The position numbers and the translations under genes are program-made. The notes under the pieces were generated by a model. That model was given only the letters and a program-made list of their open reading frames with translations. It was not told the origin of the DNA and did not search any database. A DNA stretch of 64,000 nt from an uncultured Anaerolineales bacterium (lineage in GTDB: Bacteria; Chloroflexota; Anaerolineae; Anaerolineales; UBA11858). The stretch covers positions 11,240 through 75,239 of the forward strand of contig CAYVQU010000002.1 in NCBI GenBank assembly GCA_964453155.1. The letters are read 5' to 3'. This document shows, piece by piece, positions 54,021 through 64,000 of this stretch. The first letter of the stretch is position 1. The number at the start of each line of letters is the position of its first letter.

Positions 54021-55309
54021 ATAGACCAGTTGCTGATATAGTGCTCGTCCATAAGCAGACGCTGTTCAAAGGTTGTATTATGCCGGCCTAAAACCTGCCA
54101 CCAGCCGGTCATACCCGGTTTTACTCTTAAGATAATGGCCGCATGGACTCCCATCTCACCATGTTCGGAAACCATATAGGCGCGCGGACCAACCAGACTC
54201 ATATCGCCTTTGATGATATTCAGGATTTGGGGTAATTCATCTAAACTAAACCGCCGTAACCAGGTTCCAACGCGAGTAACACGCGGGTCGGGGTGAATTT
54301 TATGATATTTCTCATAGGCTGCACAGGTTTCGGGGTCCGATTGAAGTAGTTCAGCCAGTTTTTCATCCGCATCAACTATCATTGTCCGGAACTTGTAAAC
54401 ATTAAATTCTTTAAAGTTTTGCCCAAACCTTTTTTGCATATATATAATTGGCCAGCCAGAATCAAACCAGATTACGATAGAGATCATAATAAAAATTGGA
54501 CTTAGCAACAAAAAAATGATACCGCCGCCTACAAAATCGATAATAATTTTGGTCCATTTGGCGCGGTTGGTAAGCAAATGATATTGGAACTCTAAACCTA
54601 ATTGTCCATCTAAATCCCTGGGTATGACATAAATTGAACCAAAATTATTGCGTTCGTGCACCAGTATCACTCGTCGAAAGTGTCTTTGCAAATGGCGGGT
54701 ATAAGCATTCACCCGAGACCGACTGGATGGCGCTAAAATCGCAATTTCATGCTGATTGCCCTCGTATTGTTCAATCCTATCGAGAGAGTAAATCTGCTTC
54801 ACTTGCCAGCCTAACCGGGTAATTCGAGCTAGCGACTCAGCCACATGATCGACCCAAGGCTGATCGCCAAAAATGATGACCGGAACACCATACCAGGTTT
54901 GTTTGGAAAGTAAATTTCGAACGATCAACCGTCCCAGGGGTAGGATACCCAATGAAAGCAGCCAAGCAATCAGCAGTACCAACCGAGAAAAAATCAAAAA
55001 ATCTCTGTTAAGAAAAGAAATCCCGGCCAAAACGATGAACACCAAGGTCGTGCCACGGGCAATACCTTCAATCTCTTGAACGGCTAATATCCCAAAACCA
55101 GGGTATTGTTCCAGCAACAGAAAAATAGCTATGAGAAAAAATACCGCCAGACGAATGAGCGCGGTTATGGTCTCGAACTGAACCGGAAAACCAATCAGAG
55201 GTGTCAATAAACTCCGTAGATACCAGGCGAAATGAAAAATCCCCAAAAAAAGTAATGCATCTACGAACATGATGATCAAACTAGTGGAAAATACAGATTT
55301 ATGCTTCAT
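53957..55309 (-). CDS. polyprenyl-phosphate glycosyl-1-phosphate transferase (WbaP/EpsL-type initiating sugar transferase)
   Basis: The Bac_transf domain shows [29 protein letters not shown]...YKFRTM...[37 protein letters not shown]. Confidence 0.88.
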   Translation of the reverse strand: MKHKSVFSTSLIIMFVDALLFLGIFHFAWYLRSLLTPLIGFPVQFETITALIRLAVFFLIAIFLLLEQYPGFGILAVQEIEGIARGTTLVFIVLAGISFLNRDFLIFSRLVLLIAWLLSLGILPLGRLIVRNLLSKQTWYGVPVIIFGDQPWVDHVAESLARITRLGWQVKQIYSLDRIEQYEGNQHEIAILAPSSRSRVNAYTRHLQRHFRRVILVHERNNFGSIYVIPRDLDGQLGLEFQYHLLTNRAKWTKIIIDFVGGGIIFLLLSPIFIMISIVIWFDSGWPIIYMQKRFGQNFKEFNVYKFRTMIVDADEKLAELLQSDPETCAAYEKYHKIHPDPRVTRVGTWLRRFSLDELPQILNIIKGDMSLVGPRAYMVSEHGEMGVHAAIILRVKPGMTGWWQVLGRHNTTFEQRLLMDEHYISNWSIWMDFYILFRTIWVVIRGSGT

Positions 55310-55332
55310 AATTTCCTCCCAAAGGAATATTA

Positions 55333-56103
55333 CTAATTAGTCATTTTTCTTTCTGAAAAATCTTTCCACATTTGGGCAACTGCCAGCATAACAAACTGAG
55401 GGTAAAGCCGATAGCGCGGCCACAATCTTCTTGGTTCAGTGAAAAATCGAAACAACCACTCTAATCCAATTTGCTGCATCCATAAGGGCGCTCTGATTTT
55501 CTGTCCAGACAAAAAATCAAAGGCGGCGCCAACCCCCACTAGAACTGAAGCATTCAACTTATCGATGTTGGCCGTCATCCAGCGTTCTTGTTTCGGTGAG
55601 CTGATGCCTACCCAAATGATATCGGGTTGCGCAGCGTTGATGCTGGAATGAACATCGTCCGTCTCTGCTGGCGTTAATACGCGAAAGGGAGGGGAATAGG
55701 TTCCAACAATTTGCAGATCGGGATATTTGCGTTTGAAAGTTTGGGCTAATTTTTCAGGTACTCCGGGACAACCACCATAGAAATAGTGACGCCACCCTTT
55801 CTGACCAGAGGCGGCTAAAACCGCGGTCATCAAGTCGGAACCAGCTACTCGTTCTACATGTTTATTACCCTTCATTTTTAATATCCAGGCTAATGACATG
55901 CCATCGGGTGTAGTCATCCCGCTGTTATTGAAAAGTTCATAAAGGCTGGGGTCATTCACACAATCCATGACCGAATGGGCTGGGGTAACACAAACATAGT
56001 GTTTGGTTTTTGTAGAGATCCAATTTCCGATGGTGGCAACTGCTTGCGCCATATTAATGGCACTCACTTGAACGCCGAGAATATCCACACGTTTGATGGT
56101 CAT
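55333..56103 (-). CDS. WecB/TagA/CpsF-family glycosyltransferase (GT26)
   Basis: VDILGVQVSAI...TPDGMSL..., GISSPKQERW and EWLFRFFTEPRRLWPRY are typical of GT26. Confidence 0.85.
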   Translation of the reverse strand: MTIKRVDILGVQVSAINMAQAVATIGNWISTKTKHYVCVTPAHSVMDCVNDPSLYELFNNSGMTTPDGMSLAWILKMKGNKHVERVAGSDLMTAVLAASGQKGWRHYFYGGCPGVPEKLAQTFKRKYPDLQIVGTYSPPFRVLTPAETDDVHSSINAAQPDIIWVGISSPKQERWMTANIDKLNASVLVGVGAAFDFLSGQKIRAPLWMQQIGLEWLFRFFTEPRRLWPRYRLYPQFVMLAVAQMWKDFSERKMTN

Positions 56104-57290
56104 TTCTTATTCCCGTGATTGGATATGGCCCGCTGATAGATTGTCATGAGTAATTGATAATTCTTATCGGCAGCATATTTGGTTTCAAATTCGCAGCGAG
56201 CAGCTTTGCCCATCGCGGCCATTTCTGCTGGGTGCTGCCAGGCCCAATCGACTTTAGCGGCCAGATCTTCAGGATTTCCAGGGGTGAAGTGGAGGCCAGT
56301 ATGCTGATCGGCAATGATTTCAGCCATTGCACCTAATTTTGAGCCAACTACCGGGGTTCCACACGCAAAAGATTCGGCAATCGTCATCGGGAAACCTTCA
56401 TAATTTTCTGAAGGGAACACTAAAAACTGGGCACCTTTAATAATCGGTACAATTTCTGCGTATGGCAGACGTCCAGCGATGTCGACGGAAGAAATTTGGT
56501 GAGCAGCTACAAATTTTTTCATCTCAGCCATGAGCGGACCATCGCCAAAAATTCGCAGCGGAATATGAGGCAGGTGCTGCCAGGCCTTCAGCATAGTAAA
56601 TATGCCCTTATCGGCGCTCATACGGCCAACATGGCAAACATAGTTTCCTTTATCTTGGGCAGCCGGCAAATCAAGATCGGGAAAGACAATATTGGGCTTT
56701 ACCATAATTTTGTCGGCAGACAGGCCGCCCTCGATATATTTCCGGCGGGCAAAATCTGTTAGGGCAATGTAAACATCCACTTTCTGGTTCCAGGTCTTTA
56801 TCCAGTGATGGAATGAAACTGATAAGGTCAGATTTAACGTTTGAGAGCGAGAATTACGATAACAGGCGTAGCGTACTCCGTTGCGTGGTAAAGGAGAATT
56901 AAGGCACAGTTCACAAATTACATTGTCGCGATAAAAATGGGTTGACGAAGGGCAAAATAAACGATAGTTATGTAAAGTTTGCACCACCGGGACGCCCATA
57001 TTCTGTGAAGCATAAAACAGTGCCGGTGACATCAGCGGCCAAGTATTATGACTGTGGAGCAGATCGGGTTTTTCAGCAGTAATTATTGTCCGAATCTGCT
57101 GGTAAACATGATGGTTCCAAAACGATTTTCTAACCACCTGCCGGATGGGCATGTTTTTAATAGCGTCATTATGCAGCGTATACCGGATAACTTCGTGGCC
57201 ATGTGACTCTAGCAAGAATTTTTCGGCGTCGAAGACTGCTTTTTCGCCCCCAGGCTGCTGGTAATAATTATGGGTTTGTAGTATTTTCAT
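56100..57290 (-). CDS. GT4-family glycosyltransferase
   Basis: It has a GT-B C-terminal domain with the EX7E-type region (PSENYEGFPMTIAESFACGTPVV). Confidence 0.8.
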   Translation of the reverse strand: MKILQTHNYYQQPGGEKAVFDAEKFLLESHGHEVIRYTLHNDAIKNMPIRQVVRKSFWNHHVYQQIRTIITAEKPDLLHSHNTWPLMSPALFYASQNMGVPVVQTLHNYRLFCPSSTHFYRDNVICELCLNSPLPRNGVRYACYRNSRSQTLNLTLSVSFHHWIKTWNQKVDVYIALTDFARRKYIEGGLSADKIMVKPNIVFPDLDLPAAQDKGNYVCHVGRMSADKGIFTMLKAWQHLPHIPLRIFGDGPLMAEMKKFVAAHQISSVDIAGRLPYAEIVPIIKGAQFLVFPSENYEGFPMTIAESFACGTPVVGSKLGAMAEIIADQHTGLHFTPGNPEDLAAKVDWAWQHPAEMAAMGKAARCEFETKYAADKNYQLLMTIYQRAISNHGNKK

Positions 57291-58692
57291 CCGTCACCAG
57301 ATTATTTTGTGTGCTTTGGGATGTGGCAGGGAGTACTTCTCGTGGCAACCAACCTGAACGCAGCCGATCATAAAATGCCAATATACAGCCCCAAAAGAAA
57401 TAATACGGAATAGTCCAAAACGGTTTTTCAAACGCATCTTCACCAATGGCCAACACCCAGGTCATCACAAAGAAGGCCATGATGAACAACAACCAGTTCA
57501 ACCCAGTTTGCCAATTGATCTGTTTACACATCTGGTAAGTGCGGCGCCAAATTCGAATCAATAAGAAGTGCATCCAGGAGAAAGCCAACAAACCAACGGC
57601 TCCCAGTCGTCCAATAATGGAGATGTATGAGTTATGAGGTTCGCGGACTGGAACTTGGTAACGAATTCGAAACTCGGTTAGCGGAAAACCATAACCAACA
57701 CCAAACAAGAAGTTCCAAACAGAAGCAAGCCACTCATCTATGATTGCAAGCCACCAGCCTAAACGCTGCTCGATACCATGAGCTGGACCCTCCAAACCAC
57801 TCGTTGCAATTCCAAAAGTAGATATGAGATGCTTGAGCAAAAATTCAATCGATATCGCCTGCTGTAATCGACCGGTAATCTTAATATCTAAACCTGATAC
57901 CAACATCAATAAGAAGAACGCTGCCACACCTCCGATAACAAACCTAGATAACAAGTTTTTGCGAAAAAATACCAATAAGGCAATCAGGGCAATGAGTTGC
58001 AGATATATTGTTCGAGCTTGAAAAAGAAATACTACGTAGCAAGTTAAAATACCCGCTAGAATATTCGCAATGGTTATATTTTTACCAACACCACTACGAA
58101 ACAGGAGCAGGAATACGGCAGTCCACAATAACATTTGAGGGGTGTTTGTGTAGTAAAAAAGAATTGGGGCTATATAACCAGCTCCAGCCACAATAGTTGG
58201 CGACATCAGGAGCAATTTATCTCGAATCGGATAGCCCAGCGCGTATAGACTGACTATGATTAAGAATACGGGCACATACCAGTAAAGCTGCTCTGGTTTT
58301 TTCATACCGATAACCAGGGCAAAGCCAACAATAAAAAACAGAGATTCGATAACATGAGTGGCATCCCGCAACGCCCACAACCCCCACTCAGGGACACCAA
58401 ATATTGCCCGCCCCAACCCAAAACCCCACCAAACTAGAAAGGGTAGCAAGAAAACGGCCTTAGATAACTGGGGGATTAAATTCTTGTAATCCAAGCTTGC
58501 CAACACAATTAGCAAGATCAACTCACCAATCGGGATCCCCCCACCTGCAATGGGGGGAATCCGCACTTGCATAAAGCCGCTATTCAGCAATAGATACAAA
58601 CCCAGAATTACCCCAACCAAGGCAATCCGCATGGTCATAAACGACTTCAATATTTCATTTATAGATAATGATCGCCAACGACTATTTGCCAT
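57268..58692 (-). CDS. O-antigen ligase/polymerase (Wzy-like) family membrane protein
   Basis: It has about 12 TM segments and a large loop containing REPHNSYISIIGRLG (a Wzy_C-like motif). Confidence 0.6.
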   Translation of the reverse strand: MANSRWRSLSINEILKSFMTMRIALVGVILGLYLLLNSGFMQVRIPPIAGGGIPIGELILLIVLASLDYKNLIPQLSKAVFLLPFLVWWGFGLGRAIFGVPEWGLWALRDATHVIESLFFIVGFALVIGMKKPEQLYWYVPVFLIIVSLYALGYPIRDKLLLMSPTIVAGAGYIAPILFYYTNTPQMLLWTAVFLLLFRSGVGKNITIANILAGILTCYVVFLFQARTIYLQLIALIALLVFFRKNLLSRFVIGGVAAFFLLMLVSGLDIKITGRLQQAISIEFLLKHLISTFGIATSGLEGPAHGIEQRLGWWLAIIDEWLASVWNFLFGVGYGFPLTEFRIRYQVPVREPHNSYISIIGRLGAVGLLAFSWMHFLLIRIWRRTYQMCKQINWQTGLNWLLFIMAFFVMTWVLAIGEDAFEKPFWTIPYYFFWGCILAFYDRLRSGWLPREVLPATSQSTQNNLVTDENTTNP

Positions 58693-59885
58693 AAATATCT
58701 CTCTGCTCGCTTGCAGGCGCCCTGGCGGAGAGTAGCATTTAAATCTCCATTGCCTGATAATTCCATCAAAGCCGCCGTCAAGGCCACGATAATTTCTTTT
58801 TCATGACGTCCTGCAGTTCGAATTTTGCGACCACAAGTAGAATCCACGATCACTCCCGGACCGCCTAAATCTAAGCAAATTGTAGGTAAGCCATGAGCCA
58901 GAGCCTCTAAGACTACCATTCCGCCAGAATCCCGCAGGCTGGGAAATAAAAACACATCATGTTGGGCATAAATTTCTGATAATTCTGCCTGATTTACCCA
59001 AGGTATCCAAACCGTTTGGTCAGCGATACCCAAATCTTGAGTCATTGATCGCCAGTTAGCTTCACTAGGCCCGCGCCCCACCAGCGTTAGGCGAGCAGCT
59101 GGGTATCGCTGCGCCAGATTTGCAAAGGCCTGCAAGCCTAAATGCCCCCCTTTTAGAGGCAGAAAATGCCCCACAAAAAGAACTCGCACCGTATCATTTT
59201 CAGCACGCGGTACCAATTTTATATCATTTTGAATGATTTGAGACCCACTCCAACCAATCGCCAATTTAACATTCGTCTTGGGATGAAATTTCTTTGGAAG
59301 TAAAACGCGAGTCTGATCGGAGGTTACATATATTTTTTCTGCAGATCGGTATGTCAACCGCAATAAAGGATCAAAGCGCGGTAGAAAATTAGAGAGATCT
59401 CGTAATAACTCATATATTTGCGCTTCCCTGGAAAAACTCCGCCGTAATGGTTTTGGGACACTTTCCCCACCGGCGACTGGACCAAAGGTGAATGGTATAT
59501 TCAACCGTCCCATAAAACTGGGTTGGCGAACGCTTACCAGGGTCACATGATGTACCCGGTCAAATCTTTCACGGTGATGTATTTTTTTAACGGCTTGATA
59601 CGCGCCCCATTGCCATAAAAAATAATATAAATGAATACCTCGCCGGCCTTTTTTCCACCACAACGCCCATATGGGCAGATCATAGTAAATAAAATTGATA
59701 TTTGGTATTGGACTTTGTGTTAGGGCAGTTTCGATTACTGGCTGGTTGTTCTTGCGAGTAACAACCCAAACTTCATGCCCCAATTTGGTCAACTCAATGG
59801 CCCAATGCCAGCCAACGCCAGGCTCTGACCCTTTATGCGGCTCGCAAGCATATGCTGAAAGTAAAATTTTTTGCGATTTCGTCAT
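58659..59885 (-). CDS. GT4-family glycosyltransferase
   Basis: GVGWHW appears near the N-terminus. The C-terminal GT-B region shows FPSLRDSGGMVVLEALAHGLPTI. Confidence 0.8.
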   Translation of the reverse strand: MTKSQKILLSAYACEPHKGSEPGVGWHWAIELTKLGHEVWVVTRKNNQPVIETALTQSPIPNINFIYYDLPIWALWWKKGRRGIHLYYFLWQWGAYQAVKKIHHRERFDRVHHVTLVSVRQPSFMGRLNIPFTFGPVAGGESVPKPLRRSFSREAQIYELLRDLSNFLPRFDPLLRLTYRSAEKIYVTSDQTRVLLPKKFHPKTNVKLAIGWSGSQIIQNDIKLVPRAENDTVRVLFVGHFLPLKGGHLGLQAFANLAQRYPAARLTLVGRGPSEANWRSMTQDLGIADQTVWIPWVNQAELSEIYAQHDVFLFPSLRDSGGMVVLEALAHGLPTICLDLGGPGVIVDSTCGRKIRTAGRHEKEIIVALTAALMELSGNGDLNATLRQGACKRAERYLWQIVVGDHYL

Positions 59886-59927
59886 AATGATTGGTTATTT
59901 TTTGATCACAAAAAGCGTTTTATCTCT

Positions 59928-60971
59928 TTAGATCCAAAACTTTTGGTGCCAAAATCGATAATGTGAGTCACTCATAGTTCCATCTTGCAATGCTTTCTTA
60001 TATGCATCAAAGGCGGTCAGCATCGTTATGGCTTGTGCCTGGCGATGATTAACATTCAGCCAATCGACCTCTGTCAAAATTCTTGTTGTTTTATGTAATG
60101 CTTTTTCAGGCGGCCAACGATTAATGAGTGCCCCGATTTGAAGCAGATAATAGGCCATATCGACACCTGGAAAACCATCCAGGGTGCCGTATTCCCAATC
60201 AACTGCTGTGATCTGATTTCCTTTTTGCAACAAATTCCAGGGGGCAAAATCTCCATGCACTGGTAGAACAGCCCATTCTCGGGCAGCTAATTGGCTCGCA
60301 GCAGCAGAAATTACCGGGATATCACTCGAAAAAAATTGTGCTAACCACGGATGTGAATTTCCCGGCCTATGATCCATAACTGGTATAGAGGCCAAATAAC
60401 GACTGACATTTTTGGGGATTTGAAAACGGGCAGAAACCCGGCGACCCAACCCAGGAGAAATCAAAAGGCCAACTTGGGCATCAAAATGTAGCGGTTTGGG
60501 TGCCAAACCTACAGGCAACGCGGCCAAAACTGAATATTCGTGGGAAATTCGTTTTTGAGCTGCTCGAGAACACCCATATTTAAAATAAGCGGCTATTGAT
60601 CCAGATTGATCTCTCAGTTCTAGAATCATTTTCTTAGCTGCATTTTGTGTTCCAACCAGTAATGTACTGGGTATTAATTCAGAACATTGCCTCATCTGCA
60701 AGAATTCATCCAGGAAATACTCGTTCCCAGACTGGTAGGCTGGCCCTGGGAATAATAAACCTTTCGTTCGCATAAAATAACGGAAGATCAAGGCGGTCCA
60801 ACGCGAGGCCGGGTAGAGACGACTACCAGTCCAACGCAAATGAAAATTGGCTGCATTCAGATACAAACGCGGCTGCCTCCAATTAGGGAGGGCAATGACC
60901 TTGGTCCCAGGCCGAAACAATTTTCTCCAGGTTTCTTCCATTGATCCACTTACTACTGCAACCCAATACAC
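59928..60971 (-). CDS. aminoglycoside-phosphotransferase/choline-kinase-fold kinase-like protein
   Basis: It has the catalytic loop HGDFAPWN, the metal-binding VDWEYG, and candidate beta3 Lys (AYFKYG) and alphaC Glu (HEYSVL). Confidence 0.65.
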   Translation of the reverse strand: MYWVAVVSGSMEETWRKLFRPGTKVIALPNWRQPRLYLNAANFHLRWTGSRLYPASRWTALIFRYFMRTKGLLFPGPAYQSGNEYFLDEFLQMRQCSELIPSTLLVGTQNAAKKMILELRDQSGSIAAYFKYGCSRAAQKRISHEYSVLAALPVGLAPKPLHFDAQVGLLISPGLGRRVSARFQIPKNVSRYLASIPVMDHRPGNSHPWLAQFFSSDIPVISAAASQLAAREWAVLPVHGDFAPWNLLQKGNQITAVDWEYGTLDGFPGVDMAYYLLQIGALINRWPPEKALHKTTRILTEVDWLNVNHRQAQAITMLTAFDAYKKALQDGTMSDSHYRFWHQKFWI

Positions 60972-62101
60972 GCCAGCATTACTTGCTCGATTTGATGAGC
61001 AAAATTTGCCGGGCTATACCTTTTTAAAGCATCGTCCTTGGCTCGCGAACCATATAAATTTCCTTCCGAGGGAAACTTCAATAGTCTTTCGATATTTTGG
61101 GATAACTCGTGAGAATTTCCGGCTTTAAATAACAAACCATTTAATTCGTGTTGAATTAATTCGGGTAAAGCTCCAGTATTCGCAACGATAATTGGTTTAG
61201 CAGCTAACATGGCCTCAGCCACGGCAATTCCAAAAGCTTCTCCTTGGGCAGTATGAACGTAAATATCCATTAGCCCTAGTAAATTTCTGGCGTCTGTTCT
61301 TGGACCCAAAAACACTACATTTTCGCTGATACCTAGCGCAACTGCCTCATTTTTCATATCTTCAAAAATTTGGCCAATACCCACTAAAACCAGTTTCAGC
61401 AGAGGGTATTTTTCGGTCAACAGGGAGAAAGCTTCCAATAATGTTTGGTGATCTTTCCAGTTTGTGAACTCAGCGGTATAGCCTAAAATAATATTGTTCT
61501 CAGGCAAACCTAAGATTTCGCGAACTTGTGATTTCGAATAGGGAGTATTGTCTCCGGTCGCTGGAAAAACACCATAAGGAATAACCCAACTTTGACCCTG
61601 ATACCAATCTCCACCATGGACTTGCTGGGTTGCCTTTGAATTAAAAATCAACGGATCATTTTTGGCCAAAATCCTGAATACCCATTTACGTATTCTTCCT
61701 GGCATCAAAGGAATAGCCTGAATCCAAAATGCTATCCTTGTTTTATTTAAAATCAGGGTGGTAGCAATTTTAGCTACTAGATAACTCTTAAAAGATGCCG
61801 CAATAACTAAATCAAAATTTTCTTGCAACAAGAGCTGGCGAATTACTAGAATTGGCTGCCAATACCCTGAATCGCCAATAGTATGCACCGGGATTTCGCT
61901 TTCCAAAAACGCTGAAGACATTTCAGACGAAGGTTTTTCAAAACTCGCAACTTGGATCAAGAAATCTTTTGAAGTAATGCTATGAGTTAATATAGAAAAC
62001 GCTCGGGGAATACCGCCGTGAAAAACCAAATCTCGATTTAATAACAGGATCTTTTTAGAGAATGCTAAATCATCGTTGATACGGGCCTCACTTCTCATCA
62101 T
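60953..62101 (-). CDS. GT4-family glycosyltransferase
   Basis: The GT-B C-terminal region shows VHTAQGEAFGIAVAEAMLAAKPIIV. Confidence 0.8.
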   Translation of the reverse strand: MMRSEARINDDLAFSKKILLLNRDLVFHGGIPRAFSILTHSITSKDFLIQVASFEKPSSEMSSAFLESEIPVHTIGDSGYWQPILVIRQLLLQENFDLVIAASFKSYLVAKIATTLILNKTRIAFWIQAIPLMPGRIRKWVFRILAKNDPLIFNSKATQQVHGGDWYQGQSWVIPYGVFPATGDNTPYSKSQVREILGLPENNIILGYTAEFTNWKDHQTLLEAFSLLTEKYPLLKLVLVGIGQIFEDMKNEAVALGISENVVFLGPRTDARNLLGLMDIYVHTAQGEAFGIAVAEAMLAAKPIIVANTGALPELIQHELNGLLFKAGNSHELSQNIERLLKFPSEGNLYGSRAKDDALKRYSPANFAHQIEQVMLACIGLQ

Positions 62102-63020
62102 TACCCCCTTTTTTACACAACAAATTGAGGTAGAAGGTTCGCCTAAGATTCCCTTGATAGTAACCGTCTGAATTTATAATTTGTGAAACAGGAATCAAGT
62201 TACCTTTTTCCTCAAGGATTGCCTGGATATCATCAAAACCTAATTCCTGGAGAAAATTTAGCAATTCTATTGGTTTATTCCCTGCCAAAGTCTGATAGTG
62301 GGGTGCATATTCAATGAGTAAGTATAAATCATTTGATCGCTCAATAACTTTTTGCATCCCTCGCAAGGCCAGGATTTCAGCCCCTTCAATATCCAGTTTA
62401 ATCAGATTTACCTGATCAATATTCAATTCAGACAACGCTTGATCCACAGTAATAGTGTCTACCTGATACTCCTGTGGTTTAAAACCAGCTTTGATTTTGG
62501 GACTTAACTCATTTTTAAATTCATTCCAGATTGACTCGCGAGTCTCCTCGTCAAAATAAATCGAAGCGGTAGCAGAGGAAGTAGATGAATCATACAGTGT
62601 GATCTGCCCAATTATGTCTGAGGCCGCTTTTTTTAAAACCATTACATTGTTTTGATTGCCAACATTGTGGGTCAGCAGTTGATGATTCAGGGGATGAGGT
62701 TCAAAAGCAATTACTTTCCCTTGAGAACCAGCTAATTTTGAAAATATCTTGGTGTAATACCCAATATTGGCACCTATATCTAGATAAACCCAATCTAATT
62801 GAGCTACTTCCCGAACAACTTTCATCGATCCACTTTCGGTTCTCTTTAGCAAATATTCTACTCTACCAGATAGCGGGTCTGTTGGGTTGGTCTGAAAACC
62901 GTTTAAGGTTTCAAGCAATATCAGCAAATTACTCATAAGCCAATAAATCAACCGATGAACTAAAGGAATCTTTTTCAAAATGTTACGATAGAATTCCATA
63001 AAGGCAGTATAAAATTTCAT
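62088..63020 (-). CDS. FkbM-family methyltransferase
   Basis: YLDIGANIGYYT, IAFEPHP and IKLDIEGAEILAL are typical of FkbM. Confidence 0.8.
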   Translation of the reverse strand: MKFYTAFMEFYRNILKKIPLVHRLIYWLMSNLLILLETLNGFQTNPTDPLSGRVEYLLKRTESGSMKVVREVAQLDWVYLDIGANIGYYTKIFSKLAGSQGKVIAFEPHPLNHQLLTHNVGNQNNVMVLKKAASDIIGQITLYDSSTSSATASIYFDEETRESIWNEFKNELSPKIKAGFKPQEYQVDTITVDQALSELNIDQVNLIKLDIEGAEILALRGMQKVIERSNDLYLLIEYAPHYQTLAGNKPIELLNFLQELGFDDIQAILEEKGNLIPVSQIINSDGYYQGNLRRTFYLNLLCKKGGNDEK

Positions 63021-63931
63021 TTATCAAGTCCTAATAGCATTGATTGGGTAATGCTTGCCCGGTGGTCAAACCATTTGTCTACTTTTTTTGGCCAGCCATC
63101 TGCAGATTGAGACCATTCTTGTAAGGCCGCGCTCCATACATCCAAAGTATAAGCTAGAGCTAACAATACAATAATTCGCTCTCCTACAATGCCTAAGGCC
63201 CCAAAATAAGAAAAAAAACTGCGTTGTTCAGCCCGCAGCACCTGCAATCCAAAATGTGAAATTTGGAAAAAATGGAACAAGTCCCATCCTGGTAGCCAAC
63301 TTGGACGCGCACTTTCCAGATCAGTCACATTAAGTTTTCCAGTTTCACGATCTAACCCCAAGTTCCAAGGGGAGAAGTCTCCCAACCGCCATATGAATGG
63401 AAAGGCAATATTACATAATTCAGAATTTAGGGTAATAATCACCTGACTTATTAATTCTACATGCTCATTCGGAATTTTTTGAAATAGCTTTTTCCAACGT
63501 TTTTGAACAGTTATCCAAAATCCACTTGCTATAAATTGCTGTAAGGCCATATCTATTTCGGCAATTTCGATTAGGCAATTCGAATGCTTATCGGAGAAGT
63601 TAGGAGTAAAGGTCAACTTTAGTGGGCTGGATACTAAAACATTGAATCCGGCGCCTGAATCTTGGAAAAATTGCACGTCCGGCAACCTGGTATATTTTAG
63701 GGGGAAAGTGCCAAATACTTGCAACACCTTTTTTTCATTGGATACCATATCTCTGGTAATCTGATCCCACCCAATTTTTATATATGCTCGAATTTCTCTA
63801 TCAAGATCAGCAATCTGGAGCACTGGCTTGCGCTGAGGACCGGGGGTGCCTAATGATATCGAGAGAATGGAATTATCATGGGAAAGAACATCCCTGATCA
63901 CTTTTGAAAAAACATTGTTTTCTCGATGCAA
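63017..63931 (-). CDS. second kinase-like (APH fold) protein, divergent paralogue of 59928-60971
   Basis: It has AYIKIG, NEKKVL, RLGDFSPWN (His replaced by Leu) and TDLESA. It has a TTG start, and an in-frame stop lies just upstream. Confidence 0.5.
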   Translation of the reverse strand: MHRENNVFSKVIRDVLSHDNSILSISLGTPGPQRKPVLQIADLDREIRAYIKIGWDQITRDMVSNEKKVLQVFGTFPLKYTRLPDVQFFQDSGAGFNVLVSSPLKLTFTPNFSDKHSNCLIEIAEIDMALQQFIASGFWITVQKRWKKLFQKIPNEHVELISQVIITLNSELCNIAFPFIWRLGDFSPWNLGLDRETGKLNVTDLESARPSWLPGWDLFHFFQISHFGLQVLRAEQRSFFSYFGALGIVGERIIVLLALAYTLDVWSAALQEWSQSADGWPKKVDKWFDHRASITQSMLLGLDK

Positions 63932-64000
63932 ATATACTCTCGGGAGTACTCGAATTAAAATTTTGTTTTGAAAAACTTTGGATAAAATTTTTTTTATTCG

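Noticed and set aside
1-64000. Scan for tRNA, rRNA, tmRNA, RNase P, SRP RNA, prophage or defence-system genes
   Set aside because: I recognised no conserved RNA signatures (for example a GGTTCGAATCC T-arm or the SRP GGAA motif). No integrase, capsid, restriction or Cas-like ORFs were seen. This absence comes from reading by eye only, not from a model-based search.

Overview
The window looks like a bacterial chromosomal segment. Gene content and a T-box-controlled ileS suggest a Chloroflexota/Anaerolineae-like organism, but that is inference only. Coordinates 1-11.5 kb are mostly housekeeping: the gltB 3' end, gltD, rnj, hemY, a PucC-like MFS gene, pcm and ppgK. An accessory stretch follows: an IS200-like element, a run of tailoring enzymes, and a MacAB-like ABC efflux operon with an orphan LuxR-type response regulator. 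Coordinates 22.5-38 kb form a metal-homeostasis region with three DtxR-family regulators, two feo loci that both have a split FeoB, and a CDF exporter. After that come a GH94 phosphorylase, an Ile T-box leader followed by a DinB-like gene and ileS, and a RAYT gene with a cluster of REP palindromes. Next is a 1182-aa ORF that fuses a type-1 periplasmic binding domain, a complete pentameric ligand-gated ion channel core and a C-terminal solute-binding domain. That ORF is my top candidate for something undescribed. The last 13 kb is a visibly AT-richer minus-strand polysaccharide operon with tightly packed or overlapping gene junctions and two kinase-like genes. Most longer intergenic spacers I examined are built from phased short-word repeats that form long imperfect palindromes. 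These include four arrays with an exact 9-bp GTC/GAC period, 26-30-bp GTAGGGGC...GCCCCTAC palindromes (two of them in frame inside CDSs), and an inverted pair of TA-flanked 193-bp MITE-like elements. I found no rRNA, tRNA or CRISPR. All calls rest on reading motifs in the supplied translations and sequence; no searches were run.
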